Origin: Acidobacteriota bacterium
GTDB lineage: Bacteria; Acidobacteriota; Vicinamibacteria; Vicinamibacterales; JACQTH01
Reading direction: 5' to 3'
NCBI GenBank assembly: GCA_016178075.1
Contig: JACOUA010000329.1
Span: 3,539 to 67,538 of the forward strand
DNA: 64,000 bases
Part shown: piece by piece, positions 17,081-26,628 of the stretch
Layout of the letters: each line of letters starts with the position of its first letter
Numbering within the stretch: position 1 is the first letter of the stretch
Translations under genes and position numbers: made by a program
Notes under the pieces: model-generated
The model's input: only the letters and a program-made list of their open reading frames with translations
Told to the model about the DNA's origin: nothing
The model's database searches: none

Positions 17081-17928
17081 CCGACCTCGCCATCGTCATT
17101 GTCAGCTACCAGGCACGCGAGCACCTGGAACGCTGTCTCGCTTCGCTGGGGGCTGCTCCACCGCAGCGGTCGCACGAAATCGTGGTGGTGGACAACGCGT
17201 CGAGTGACGGAAGCGCCGACCGCGTCGCGGCCGAATGGCCGTCGGTGACGCTGATCCGGCTCCCGGACAACAGGGGGTTCGCCGCCGCGACCAACGTCGG
17301 CATTCGGCGGACGCGCAGTGAATTCGTGCTGCTCCTGAACAGCGACGCGATCGTGCCGTCAGGCGCACTCGATCGGCTCGTGGCCGCGCTCGAGCGACAC
17401 GCTGACGCCGCCGCGATCGGGCCGCGCCTCGTCGACGACACGGGGCAGGTTGAACTCTCGTTCGGCCGCATGTTCTCGCCGCTGAACGAGCTGCGGCAAA
17501 AGCTCCTCGTTCGGGCCTCTCGGTCGGGGATTCCGGGCGCACGGGCCTATGTGCAGCGACTCGTCTCGCGACCCCGGACGCCGGACTGGATCAGTGGGGC
17601 GTGCCTGCTCGTCCGCCGGGCCGACGCCGATCGAGCCGGCCTGCTCGACGAGCGCTTCTTTCTGTACGCGGAAGACGTGGACTTCTGCGCGCGGCTGCGC
17701 GCGCTCGGCCGCCTGATCCGCTTCGCGCCGGAGATCGACGTCGTGCACGCGCGCGGGCAGTCGGTCGCGTTCGACCCTCGCGCCGCCGAGGCGCACTATC
17801 GACGCAGCCAGCTCGCGTTCTACGCGAAGCACGCGCCGCGCTGGCTGCCATGGCTGCGGCTCTATCTCGCACTACGCGGAAGGCTCCCGCCGAGTCGGGA
17901 TTCGGGCGTCGGGATTCGGGATTCGTAG
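17077..17928 (+). CDS. Glycosyltransferase family 2
   Basis: LAIVIVSYQAREHLERCLASL, VVVDNASSDGS, LNSDA. ATGA overlap with the upstream GT4. The last ~12 codons and the stop lie in a heptamer repeat arm. Confidence 0.87.
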   Translation: MTDLAIVIVSYQAREHLERCLASLGAAPPQRSHEIVVVDNASSDGSADRVAAEWPSVTLIRLPDNRGFAAATNVGIRRTRSEFVLLLNSDAIVPSGALDRLVAALERHADAAAIGPRLVDDTGQVELSFGRMFSPLNELRQKLLVRASRSGIPGARAYVQRLVSRPRTPDWISGACLLVRRADADRAGLLDERFFLYAEDVDFCARLRALGRLIRFAPEIDVVHARGQSVAFDPRAAEAHYRRSQLAFYAKHAPRWLPWLRLYLALRGRLPPSRDSGVGIRDS

Positions 17929-17988
17929 GCGGCGTGTCCCGCTGCGTGGGGCCATCGAATCCCGAGCCCCGATCCCGAATCCCGAGCC
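17891..17988. repeat. Heptamer-periodic inverted repeat, word GGGATTC / GAATCCC
   Basis: GAGTCGGGATTCGGGCGTCGGGATTCGGGATTCG ... CGAATCCCGAGCCCCGATCCCGAATCCCGAGC. The left arm supplies the GT2 C-terminus (..DSGVGIRDS*). Confidence 0.85.
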
Positions 17989-18007
17989 CTTGTGATACGT
18001 TTCACCG

Positions 18008-19114
18008 GTGCGCGTGGCGATCGACATCCGAAAGCTCCACGACTTCGGCATCGGCACCTACATCCGCAATCTTCTGAAGTACCTGGCCCAAATCGATCGG
18101 ACGACCGAGTACATCCTGCTCTGTCGTCCGGAGGACACCGCACGGCTCCCCGATCTCGGCGCGAACTTCCGGCCGGTCGTCGAACCGTCGCCGCCGTATT
18201 CGTTGCGGGAGCAGGTGCGGGTGCCGCTCAGCCTGCGGCGCGAGCGGGTCGATCTCTTTCATGCGCCGCATTACGTGCTGCCGCCCCTCACGCTGTGCCG
18301 CTCGGTCGTGACGATTCACGACTGCATCCACTTGATGTTTCCCCAATACCTGCCGAACCGGCTCGCGTATGCGTACGCGCGGGCCTCGCTCTGGTCCGCG
18401 GCCAAGCGCTCGTCACGCATCCTCACCGTGTCGGAGGCGTCCAAGGCGGACATCCTGCGCTTCTTTCACGTGCCCCCCGCCAAGATCGCCGTGATCTACA
18501 ACGCGATTGACGAGCGCCTCGGCACGGAGCCCGACGAGGAGGAGATCGCGCGCGTCCGCGAGCGGTATCAGCTTCACGAGCGGTTCGTGCTCTATGTCGG
18601 GAACATCAAGCCGCACAAGAATCTCGAGCGGCTCATCGAAGCCTTCCATCGGCTGCGGCGGCACGAGTTCGAGCACCTCAAGCTGCTCATCATCGGCGAC
18701 GAGATCTCCAAGTACCCGGGCCTGCGCCACGCCGTGCACCGGCATCATCTGCACAAATACGTCCGCTTTCTCGGCTTCGTGCCGGTGGAAACGCTCGCGG
18801 TCCTGTATCGGCTCGCCGGTGTGTTCGCCTTTCCCTCCCTCTACGAGGGATTCGGTCTGCCACCGCTCGAGGCCATGGCGAGCGGCACGCCGGTCGTCAC
18901 CTCGAACGTGTCGTCGTTGCCGGAGGTCGTGGGCGACGCCGCGATCCTGGTCGACCCCCACGACCCGGAAGCGATCGCGGAGGGGATGCGGCGCGCGCTG
19001 ACCGATCAGGAGCTCAGGGCGGATCTGCGGGCCCGCGGACTGTCCCGCGTCAAACAGTACTCGTGGGCGCGGTCGGTCCAGCGGGTCTGGGAGATTTACC
19101 AGGAGGTGGCGTGA
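18008..19114 (+). CDS. Glycosyltransferase family 4
   Basis: GTG start. [38 protein letters not shown]. Confidence 0.9.
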   Translation: MRVAIDIRKLHDFGIGTYIRNLLKYLAQIDRTTEYILLCRPEDTARLPDLGANFRPVVEPSPPYSLREQVRVPLSLRRERVDLFHAPHYVLPPLTLCRSVVTIHDCIHLMFPQYLPNRLAYAYARASLWSAAKRSSRILTVSEASKADILRFFHVPPAKIAVIYNAIDERLGTEPDEEEIARVRERYQLHERFVLYVGNIKPHKNLERLIEAFHRLRRHEFEHLKLLIIGDEISKYPGLRHAVHRHHLHKYVRFLGFVPVETLAVLYRLAGVFAFPSLYEGFGLPPLEAMASGTPVVTSNVSSLPEVVGDAAILVDPHDPEAIAEGMRRALTDQELRADLRARGLSRVKQYSWARSVQRVWEIYQEVA

Positions 19115-20247
19115 ACGGCACGAGTCGAGTCTCGGGAGCGCGCATCGCGCTCGCGCACGACTGGCTCACGGGAATGCGAGGGGGCGAACGTGTTCTCGAG
19201 GTCCTGTGCCAGCTTTATCCGCGCGCCGAGCTCTTCACGCTGGTGCACGTCAACGGGTCGGTGGCTTCGTCGATCGAGGGCCGGACGGTCCATCGGTCGT
19301 TCGTCCAGCGTCTGCCGAACGTTCAACGCTGGTACCGGCACTACCTCCCCCTTTACCCGACTGCGGTCGAGCAGTTCGATCTGGACCAGGTCGATCTCGT
19401 CATCAGCACGAGCCACTGCGCGATCAAGTCGCTCGTGACCCCCGGTCGGGTGCGCCACCTGTGCTATTGCCTCACGCCGATGCGGTACGCGTGGGACCAG
19501 TTCGACGCGTACTTCGGGCCCGACCGGGTCGGCCGCTGGCCAAGCCGCCTCCTGAAGCCCGTCCTGAGCCACCTGGCGCGCTGGGACCGCGACACGGCCG
19601 CGCGCGCGGATCGTTATGTGGCGATCTCTCAACATGTTGCGCAGCGGATCGCCCGATACTATAATCGCCGCGCGAGTGTGGTACATCCACCGGTGGACAC
19701 TCGCTTCTATCACCCTGCCACGCTTGCCGACGATCACTTTCTGCTCATCGTTTCTGCCCTCGTGCCGTACAAGAGGATCGACGTGGCGATCCGCGCGTCC
19801 CGAATGGCCGGAGTCCCGCTGAAGATCGTCGGCGTGGGACCGGAGCGCGCGCGGCTGCAGGAACAGGCCGGACCGACGGTCGAGTTTCTGGGGAATCGTT
19901 CCGATGAAGAGGTGCGGGACTTGTATCGCCGGAGCGCCGCGCTCGTGATGCCCGGCGAGGAGGACTTCGGCATCGCGCCGCTCGAAGCCCAGGCGTGCGG
20001 TCGTCCGGTCGTGGCGCTGGCCAGGGGCGGCGCGCTCGAGACGGTCGTCGACGGCACGACCGGCCTCCTCGTGGGCGATCTGTCCGACGAGGCGCTGGCC
20101 ACCGCCATGCGCGACGCGGTTGCGACGCCGTTCGACCCGGCGGTCATCCGCCGGCACGCCGAGCGGTTCGGACGCGATCGATTCGAAGCCGAGATGGCCG
20201 CCTGTGTCGAGGAGACGCTGGCGGCGCCGGTGGGCACCCGATGGTAA
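19111..20247 (+). CDS. Glycosyltransferase family 4
   Basis: GTGA overlap with the previous gene. ARIALAHDWLTGMRGGERV N-terminus, EDFGIAPLEAQACGRPVVALARGGALETV. Confidence 0.87.
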   Translation: MNGTSRVSGARIALAHDWLTGMRGGERVLEVLCQLYPRAELFTLVHVNGSVASSIEGRTVHRSFVQRLPNVQRWYRHYLPLYPTAVEQFDLDQVDLVISTSHCAIKSLVTPGRVRHLCYCLTPMRYAWDQFDAYFGPDRVGRWPSRLLKPVLSHLARWDRDTAARADRYVAISQHVAQRIARYYNRRASVVHPPVDTRFYHPATLADDHFLLIVSALVPYKRIDVAIRASRMAGVPLKIVGVGPERARLQEQAGPTVEFLGNRSDEEVRDLYRRSAALVMPGEEDFGIAPLEAQACGRPVVALARGGALETVVDGTTGLLVGDLSDEALATAMRDAVATPFDPAVIRRHAERFGRDRFEAEMAACVEETLAAPVGTRW

Positions 20248-21677
20248 AACGCTACAACCGGCTCCTCACCGCGTTCTTCATCGTCACCGATGCGCTGGCG
20301 GGCATCGTGGCGCTCGTGATCGCGTATCTGCTCCGGTTCGAGACCGGCCTCCTTCCGGTCACGAAGGGGTATCCGCCCTTCCTGCAGTACGTCGCTATTT
20401 TTCCGTTCATTGCGATCGCCGTCCCGCTGGGCTTTCACCTTCAGGGCCTCTATCGGTTGCGCCGCGGCCGATCGCGCGTCGACGACTTCTTCGGCGTGCT
20501 CGTCGGCAGCATCGTCGCGGTGATGTTCGGCGTGGTGGGCACGCTGTATTTCCAGACCTACTACGTGCCGGACGAGCTGAAGGATCGCGGCGCGTTCGAG
20601 GTGTCGCAGCCCGTCTGGGCGCTCCTGCTGATCGTCAACGTCGGCCTCACCTATGCCTCGCGCGAGCTGGTGCGGCAGGCCCTCGAGCGTCGATGGCGCG
20701 CCGGCATCGGGCTGAAGCGCATCCTGATTGTCGGGGCCGGTGACCTCGGGCGGCTGGTCGCGGACAAGATCCTCGAGCACCGGGCGCTCGGTTTCAAGGT
20801 CGTCGGGTTCGTCGACGATCGAGCCGGCGGCGATCACCTCGGCTACCGCGGGCTGCCGCTGCTCGGGACCTTTGAAGAGGTGGGCGAGATCGCGGAACGC
20901 GAGCACGTGGACCACGCGTATGTCGCGTTACCCCTCGAGGAACATACCAAGCTGATGCAGGTGCTGGAAGATGTGAGCCGCGAGGGGATCGACGCCAAGG
21001 TCGTTCCGGATCTCCTGCAGTTCATCGCCCTCAGGGCGCGCCTCGAGGATCTGGACGGCATCCCGATCATCAACATCAACGACGCGCCGCTCCAGGGCCT
21101 GAACTCGCTCGTCAAGCGCGCGGTGGACTTCGCAATGTCGGCGGTCGCCCTCACCCTGCTGGCCATGCCGCTGGGGCTCATCGCTTTTGTCATCAAGCTG
21201 ACCTCGTCGGGGCCCATCTTCTACCGTCAGGAGCGCATGGGCCTGGACGGCCGCGCCTTCACCGTCTTCAAGTTCCGATCGATGTTTCACGAGGCGGAGC
21301 GGGACACCGGCCCGGTCTGGGCACGCGAAGACGACCCCCGCTGCACCCCGATCGGCCGGATCCTTCGCCGCTTCGATCTCGATGAGCTGCCGCAGCTCTG
21401 GAACGTCTTCAAGGGCGACATGTCGCTCGTCGGCCCCCGCCCGGAGCGCCCGTTCTTCGTGCAGCAGTTCAAACAGCGGTTCGCGCACTACATGCTACGC
21501 CACAAGGTGAAATCCGGCATCACCGGCGGGGCCCAGGTGAACGGCTGGCGCGGCAACACGTCGATTGAGAAGCGGATCGAGTACGACCTGTACTACATCG
21601 AGAATTGGTCGCTGGGGTTGGACTTCAAGATCCTCTGGCTCACCCTCATCCGCGGCTTCTTCCAGCGAGCCTACTGA
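20241..21677 (+). CDS. Polyprenyl-phosphate glycosylphosphotransferase (WbaP/WcaJ-type priming sugar transferase)
   Basis: MVKRYNRLL start overlaps the upstream stop. N-terminal TM bundle, central Rossmann-like domain, C-terminal FKFRSM...[22 protein letters not shown]. The ORF-track start 19995 is an out-of-gene extension. Confidence 0.92.
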   Translation: MVKRYNRLLTAFFIVTDALAGIVALVIAYLLRFETGLLPVTKGYPPFLQYVAIFPFIAIAVPLGFHLQGLYRLRRGRSRVDDFFGVLVGSIVAVMFGVVGTLYFQTYYVPDELKDRGAFEVSQPVWALLLIVNVGLTYASRELVRQALERRWRAGIGLKRILIVGAGDLGRLVADKILEHRALGFKVVGFVDDRAGGDHLGYRGLPLLGTFEEVGEIAEREHVDHAYVALPLEEHTKLMQVLEDVSREGIDAKVVPDLLQFIALRARLEDLDGIPIININDAPLQGLNSLVKRAVDFAMSAVALTLLAMPLGLIAFVIKLTSSGPIFYRQERMGLDGRAFTVFKFRSMFHEAERDTGPVWAREDDPRCTPIGRILRRFDLDELPQLWNVFKGDMSLVGPRPERPFFVQQFKQRFAHYMLRHKVKSGITGGAQVNGWRGNTSIEKRIEYDLYYIENWSLGLDFKILWLTLIRGFFQRAY

Positions 21678-21682
21678 GTGCA

Positions 21683-22630
21683 GTGAAGCCCCGCATCGTC
21701 ATCACCGGCGCGGCCGGGTTCATCGGATCGCACCTGGCCCAGCGGCTGCTCGATCTGGATTACGCCGTCATCGGGATCGACAATCTGCTGACCGGCGACA
21801 TCCAGAACATCGCGCACCTGGTGAACCGGGACTTCCTCTTCATGAAGCACGACGTCACGAACTACATCTACATCGACGGGCACGTCGACTTCGTGCTGCA
21901 CTGGGCGAGCCCTGCGAGCCCCATCGACTATCTCGAGCTGCCGATTCCGACGCTCAAGGTCGGTGCGCTCGGTACCCACAAGGTGCTGGGGCTGGCAAAG
22001 GCGAAGGGCGCGAAGTTCGTGCTCGCCTCCACCTCGGAAGTCTACGGCGACCCGCTCGAGCACCCGCAAAAGGAAACGTATTGGGGGAACGTGAACCCCA
22101 TCGGGCCGCGCGGTGTCTACGACGAAGCCAAGCGGTTCGCCGAGGCGATGACGGTCGCCTATCACCGCTATCACGGGCTCGACACCAAGATCGCCCGGAT
22201 CTTCAACACCTACGGGCCTCGCATGCGGGTCAACGACGGGCGGGCCGTCCCGACCTTCATCTCTCAGGCGCTTCGCGACGAGGACCTCACGATTTTCGGC
22301 GACGGCACCCAGACGCGCAGCTTCTGCTACATCAGCGACCTGGTCGACGGCATCGTCCGCCTGATGCACTCGAGCGCCAACGATCCGATCAACATCGGAA
22401 ACCCGCACGAGATGACGATCGAGCAGATCGCCCGATCGATCCTGACCATGACGGGATCGCGCAGCCGCCTCGTTTATCGTCCCCTCCCCATGGACGATCC
22501 CAAAGTGAGACAGCCGGACATCACGAAGGCCCGCAGCATCCTGGGCTGGGAGCCGACGGTCGGCCTGGAGGAGGGTCTCACGAAGACGATCGCGTACTTC
22601 AGAACGAAGGCATCGGCGATTGGCGACTGA
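21683..22630 (+). CDS. UDP-glucuronate decarboxylase (UDP-xylose synthase) family SDR
   Basis: [27 protein letters not shown] (YxxxK), [20 protein letters not shown] start just after the upstream stop. Confidence 0.9.
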   Translation: MKPRIVITGAAGFIGSHLAQRLLDLDYAVIGIDNLLTGDIQNIAHLVNRDFLFMKHDVTNYIYIDGHVDFVLHWASPASPIDYLELPIPTLKVGALGTHKVLGLAKAKGAKFVLASTSEVYGDPLEHPQKETYWGNVNPIGPRGVYDEAKRFAEAMTVAYHRYHGLDTKIARIFNTYGPRMRVNDGRAVPTFISQALRDEDLTIFGDGTQTRSFCYISDLVDGIVRLMHSSANDPINIGNPHEMTIEQIARSILTMTGSRSRLVYRPLPMDDPKVRQPDITKARSILGWEPTVGLEEGLTKTIAYFRTKASAIGD

Positions 22631-22644
22631 CAGCCGCCAATCGA
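22615..22644. repeat. 9-bp hairpin CGATTGGCG-N10-CGCCAATCG spanning the UXS stop (convergent with the pgsA-like gene)
   Basis: Read directly. Uses the same GATTGGC word as the 31084-31257 element. Confidence 0.6.
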
Positions 22645-22659
22645 CATTCGACAATTCTT

Positions 22660-23211
22660 CTATTCGCTCGCCAAGCGCGCCACCCGAATTGTGTAATCAA
22701 TCCCGGACACGAGTGTGATGGCGAGCGATCCGTACACGCACAACGCGATCACCCAGGACGATTCGTCCAGATAGTTGAAATACAGCGTTACCAGACAGGT
22801 CACGACGTACATCGCGGTCGCCGTTTTCCCGTAGATCGACGGGCGGAACGTTCGCGGGCCGACAGCGAGGTTGACGATCGCCACCGTCAGCACAATCAGC
22901 ACATCACGGCTGATGATGAGGACGGTCAGCCAGACCGGCAGACGGTTTCGCAGGCCGAGGCCCGGCAGCGTGAGGACCACAAAGGTGGTCACGAGGAGGA
23001 GCTTGTCGGCCATCGGATCGAGCCACGCGCCCAGATTCGTTTTCTGCCCGGACCGGCGCGCGATCACCCCATCGAGCGCGTCGGTCGACCCGGCGGCAAT
23101 CAGCACGATCAGCGCCCACCCGAGGTGGCCGTACACCACGAGGATCACGAAGGCCGGAATCAGCAGCACGCGCAGCAGGGTCAACTGGTTGGCGGTCGTG
23201 AGCGTCGTCAT
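22660..23211 (-). CDS. pgsA: CDP-alcohol phosphatidyltransferase (PgsA-like)
   Basis: DALDGVIARRSGQKTNLGAWLDPMADK matches the D-G-x2-A-R-x8-G-x3-D-x3-D motif. 183 aa, multi-TM. Confidence 0.85.
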   Translation of the reverse strand: MTTLTTANQLTLLRVLLIPAFVILVVYGHLGWALIVLIAAGSTDALDGVIARRSGQKTNLGAWLDPMADKLLLVTTFVVLTLPGLGLRNRLPVWLTVLIISRDVLIVLTVAIVNLAVGPRTFRPSIYGKTATAMYVVTCLVTLYFNYLDESSWVIALCVYGSLAITLVSGIDYTIRVARLASE

Positions 23212-23223
23212 ACGGGATGCCTG

Positions 23224-23308
23224 TAGTTTACAGTTCTCAGTTTTCAGTTTTCAGTTTTCAAGGCGCTGTTTCAACTGACGACTGACAACTGACAACTGAA
23301 AACTGTTC
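23224..23308. repeat. Heptamer-periodic inverted repeat, word CAGTTYT / ARAACTG
   Basis: ACAGTTCTCAGTTTTCAGTTTTCAGTTTTCA-aggcgctgtt-TCAACTGACGACTGACAACTGACAACTGAAAACTGT. The TCAGTT core pairs, with one mismatch per heptad. Confidence 0.88.
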
Positions 23309-23309
23309 T

Positions 23310-24689
23310 TTAGCGCGCGAGCTGTCGCAGGCGTTGCATGGCGGCGACGGCTTCGGCTCCTGTGACTGGCCGCGTGGGTTGGAAGGTCTCGCCGTCGAGG
23401 AGCGGCATCACACCCGAGGAGACCGCCAGCGCCGCGGCGGGATACACGAGGTTGCCGGGATTCACGTCGGCGATGCGGGGGCGGGCCTTGCGCCAGTCCG
23501 CCGAGAGGCGCGGCCGCCGAAGGGCCACGAGATTGAGCAGGCGGCTCACCGCCTGCGCCATCTCTCCACGGCGTACCACCGCGCCGGGCTGGAACGTGTG
23601 ATTCGGGTAGACCTCCATCACGCCCGCCGACACGACCGGGAGGATCCAGGTGGCGGCCCAGTGATTGCGCGTATCGGTCGCGACGACGGAGCCGGGCCGA
23701 CGCGCACTCTGGACGATGTCGGCGAGGTTGACACCGACGAGCGCCGCCAGCGCCCCCCGCGTGAGCTGCGGTGCGCTCTCAATCGCGCGATACTCCGCGG
23801 GCAACCCCGCGAGCGCCGCCTTCTCCCTGAGGCCTTCCAGCCGCCGGCCGACGTCGGTCGACGACTCGATGGCCATCGCCTTGGTATAGGCCGCCGCGGC
23901 CGCGTCGAGATCGTCCTTGAGCTCGTAGATCTCCCCCATCTGAACGAGCGAGCGGGCATCGCTCGGGTCCAGTTCGCTCGCGCGCCGCAAATGCTCGAGC
24001 GCCTGGTCGAGATCGTCGTCCGCGCGATCCTCGAGGCCGAGTTCTCGATAGAGGAACGCGCTCTCGGGCGAGGCCTCGATGGCTATCTTGTAAATCTGCC
24101 GGGCCTGATCGTGCCGCCCGGCCGCGGCCGCCTGCCGGGCGCTCGTGACGAGCGACTGCGTGTTCTGAAACCGCAGCACCTCGACTCGCCGGCGGACGTC
24201 GGCGAGAGCCGTGGCGTCGCCGGATTTCGCCAACGCCGCTTCGAACGAGTCGAGTGCTTCCGCGGGACGTCCCAGCGCCAGCAGCGCCTGGCCGCGCCCG
24301 ACGAGCGCCGGCACGTAATCGCTCGACGTCTTCAGCGCCTTCTCGAAGGTGCCCAGCGCCGGCTGTGCGCGATCGCCCGCGAGCTCGACGTAGCCAAGTC
24401 CCGCGATCGACGGGTAGAAGGTGGGTTGACGGCGGAGCGCCGCGCCAAATTCCTGCTCGGCGGTGCGGAGATCGCCGGCCTGAAGAAACTGCCAGCCGCG
24501 CTCGTGGCGCGAGGTCACGACGGCCGGCGCGTTGGCCGGCATGGATGGAAACACGAAGTCCGGATACTTCGGCGACGCGACGGTCGGCACGGCCGACAAG
24601 CGCTCGCGCGAGGCGCAGCCGGCGAGGTCGATCGCCGCCAGCGCCGCCAGCGCGCACGCCGCGCCGCGATGCCATCGGCCGGCCGTCAC
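23310..24689 (-). CDS. TPR-repeat lipoprotein with C-terminal SLH-like repeats
   Basis: Lipobox LAGCAS, several TPR-like A/L/Y-rich repeats, and two C-terminal F.P...V.R.E.A SLH-like segments. Confidence 0.7.
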   Translation of the reverse strand: MTAGRWHRGAACALAALAAIDLAGCASRERLSAVPTVASPKYPDFVFPSMPANAPAVVTSRHERGWQFLQAGDLRTAEQEFGAALRRQPTFYPSIAGLGYVELAGDRAQPALGTFEKALKTSSDYVPALVGRGQALLALGRPAEALDSFEAALAKSGDATALADVRRRVEVLRFQNTQSLVTSARQAAAAGRHDQARQIYKIAIEASPESAFLYRELGLEDRADDDLDQALEHLRRASELDPSDARSLVQMGEIYELKDDLDAAAAAYTKAMAIESSTDVGRRLEGLREKAALAGLPAEYRAIESAPQLTRGALAALVGVNLADIVQSARRPGSVVATDTRNHWAATWILPVVSAGVMEVYPNHTFQPGAVVRRGEMAQAVSRLLNLVALRRPRLSADWRKARPRIADVNPGNLVYPAAALAVSSGVMPLLDGETFQPTRPVTGAEAVAAMQRLRQLAR

Positions 24690-25978
24690 CGCGGCACCTC
24701 CGCGTGCACCGGCGCCTCGACCAGGCGCTCGAGGAGCCGCCGCGGAACGTCCGCCTCGATTTGTACCCGATCCTCCGTCAGCACGTGTTGCAGCACGCGG
24801 GCATGACGATAGAGCCGCGCGATCCGCGCCTGATCGTCCGGATCATGGCTGTTGAAGACGAGCGTGACGCGCTTGGTATCGAGGGCCAGTCGAGACGCCA
24901 TCGTATCGATGAGCTCCTGATGGCTCTCGAAGCGGTCTGCCCGGATCGCGGAGATGAAGACCGCGTCGGGATGCGCACGCTCCAGCCGACCGAGCTCGTC
25001 GGCCGACACGAGATCACATTTGTTGAAGACCTCGAGCACCGGGACATCGGCCGCCTCCACCTCCACCAACACGCGCGTGACCGCCTTCATTTGCCGGCCG
25101 ACCTCCGGACTCGACGCGTCGACGACGTGCAGGAGCAGATCGGCGCCCTTCACCTCTTCGAGCGTGGCCCTGAAGGCGGCGACGAGCGTGTGCGGCAGGC
25201 GATCGATGAAGCCGACCGTGTCGGACACGAGCAGCTCCCGGTTGTCCGGGAGCCGCACCCGACGGACCAGCGGATCGAGCGTGACGAACATGGCGTTGGA
25301 CGCGTCCGCCTGCTGACCGGTCAGGGCGTTGAACAGCGTGGTCTTGCCGGCGTTGGTGTATCCGACGAGCGCGACCGTCGGGACCGCCGCTCGGTGCCGC
25401 CGGTCGCGGAGCTGGGAACGTCTCGAGCGGACCTGATCGATGGCGCGGGCCACTGCGCCGATGCGCTGCCGAATCCGCCGGCGGTCGGTTTCGAGCTTCG
25501 TCTCGCCGGGTCCCCGGGTCCCGATCCCGCCGCCCAGGCGTGACAACGCCGCGCCGGCGCCGACCAGGCGCGGCAGCAGGTACCGGAGCTGCGCCAGCTC
25601 CACCTGCCACTGGCCCTCGCGCGTCCGCGCGCGCCTGGCGAAGATGTCGAGGATGAGCTGCGTCCGATCCAGGGTTTTTCGATCCAGCGCCGCTTCGACG
25701 TGACGAAGCTGCGCCGGCGTCAGCTCGTTGTTGAAGATCACGAGGTCCGCGCCGACTTCGTCGCAGGACACCGCCAGCTGCGCGATCTTGCCGCTGCCCA
25801 CAAACGTCGCCGGATCCGGCTTCGCGCGTTCCTGCAGGACCCTGAGGACCACCGCCGCGCCGGCCGCGCCGGCCAGCCCCGCCAGCTCGTCGAGCGACCG
25901 CTCGGCTTCCCACCGGTCGGCACCGAACAGCCCGACGAGCGCGGCGCGCTCCCGGTGAGCGGCCGAGTTCCTGCGCAT
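24686..25978 (-). CDS. hflX: GTPase HflX
   Basis: HflX N-domain plus G-domain VALVGYTNAGKTTLFNALTG, DTVGF, NKCD. Confidence 0.93.
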   Translation of the reverse strand: MRRNSAAHRERAALVGLFGADRWEAERSLDELAGLAGAAGAAVVLRVLQERAKPDPATFVGSGKIAQLAVSCDEVGADLVIFNNELTPAQLRHVEAALDRKTLDRTQLILDIFARRARTREGQWQVELAQLRYLLPRLVGAGAALSRLGGGIGTRGPGETKLETDRRRIRQRIGAVARAIDQVRSRRSQLRDRRHRAAVPTVALVGYTNAGKTTLFNALTGQQADASNAMFVTLDPLVRRVRLPDNRELLVSDTVGFIDRLPHTLVAAFRATLEEVKGADLLLHVVDASSPEVGRQMKAVTRVLVEVEAADVPVLEVFNKCDLVSADELGRLERAHPDAVFISAIRADRFESHQELIDTMASRLALDTKRVTLVFNSHDPDDQARIARLYRHARVLQHVLTEDRVQIEADVPRRLLERLVEAPVHAEVPR

Positions 25979-25979
25979 T

Positions 25980-26603
25980 TCACAGAAATTCTAGCACGCG
26001 CTCCCACGGCACCGCGCCGGCGCGCACGAGTCGTACGTCATCGCCGACGACATCGATGATGGTCGACGGCGCGCCCCCGGGTGTCGGCCCGGCGTCAACC
26101 ACGAGCGACACGAGCGGCAGATGCGCCATCACCTCGTCCGCGGTGATGGCCGCGGCGTGGCCGTGCGGGTTCGCGCTGGTCGCCGTCAGAGGGACCGACG
26201 CCAGGCGCGCGAGCGCACGCGCGACCTCATGATTCGGAACCCGAACCGCCACTCGTCCTCGCCCCCGATGCACGGCTGCGGCGATCGACGGCCAGGCGTC
26301 GACGATGAGCGTGAGCGGCCCGGGCCAGAAGGCCTCGGCGAGCCGGCGCGCGCGTGGCGACAAGCGGCCGACCTGCGCCTCGACTTGTGACCGATCGGCG
26401 GCGATCAGGGGAAGCGCCGACTCATGAGCGCGGCCCTTCACGCTGAACACCACCTCGACGGCGCCGGGGTTGTGCGCATCGGCGGCCAGCCCGTAGAGCG
26501 TGTCGGTCGGGAACGCGATGACGGCGCCGGACTTCAGCAGCGTCACCGCCTGTTGCAGGACGATCGGATCGGGCGAGACGGGATCGACGCGAAGGCGTTG
26601 CAT
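25980..26603 (-). CDS. tsaC: L-threonylcarbamoyladenylate synthase (YrdC/TsaC family)
   Basis: AFPTDTLYGLAADA, VFSVKGR, TSAN. The ORF-track start 26681 would overlap the MFS gene by 53 nt. ATG at 26603 (MQRLRV..) is preferred. Confidence 0.85.
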   Translation of the reverse strand: MQRLRVDPVSPDPIVLQQAVTLLKSGAVIAFPTDTLYGLAADAHNPGAVEVVFSVKGRAHESALPLIAADRSQVEAQVGRLSPRARRLAEAFWPGPLTLIVDAWPSIAAAVHRGRGRVAVRVPNHEVARALARLASVPLTATSANPHGHAAAITADEVMAHLPLVSLVVDAGPTPGGAPSTIIDVVGDDVRLVRAGAVPWERVLEFL

Positions 26604-26628
26604 GAGAAGTGAGAAGTCAGCATCCCGT

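Noticed and set aside
19995-20240. Upstream extensions of track ORFs (19995 for the sugar transferase, 33298 for mnmA, 58718 for hemY, 21605 for UXS, 49199 for the fused synthase, 14512 and 19063 for GT4s)
   Set aside because: The extensions overlap the 3' end of the preceding gene in another frame and encode Arg/Gly-rich filler. Internal starts coincide with homologue N-termini and with ATGA/GTGA/TAATG stop-start overlaps.
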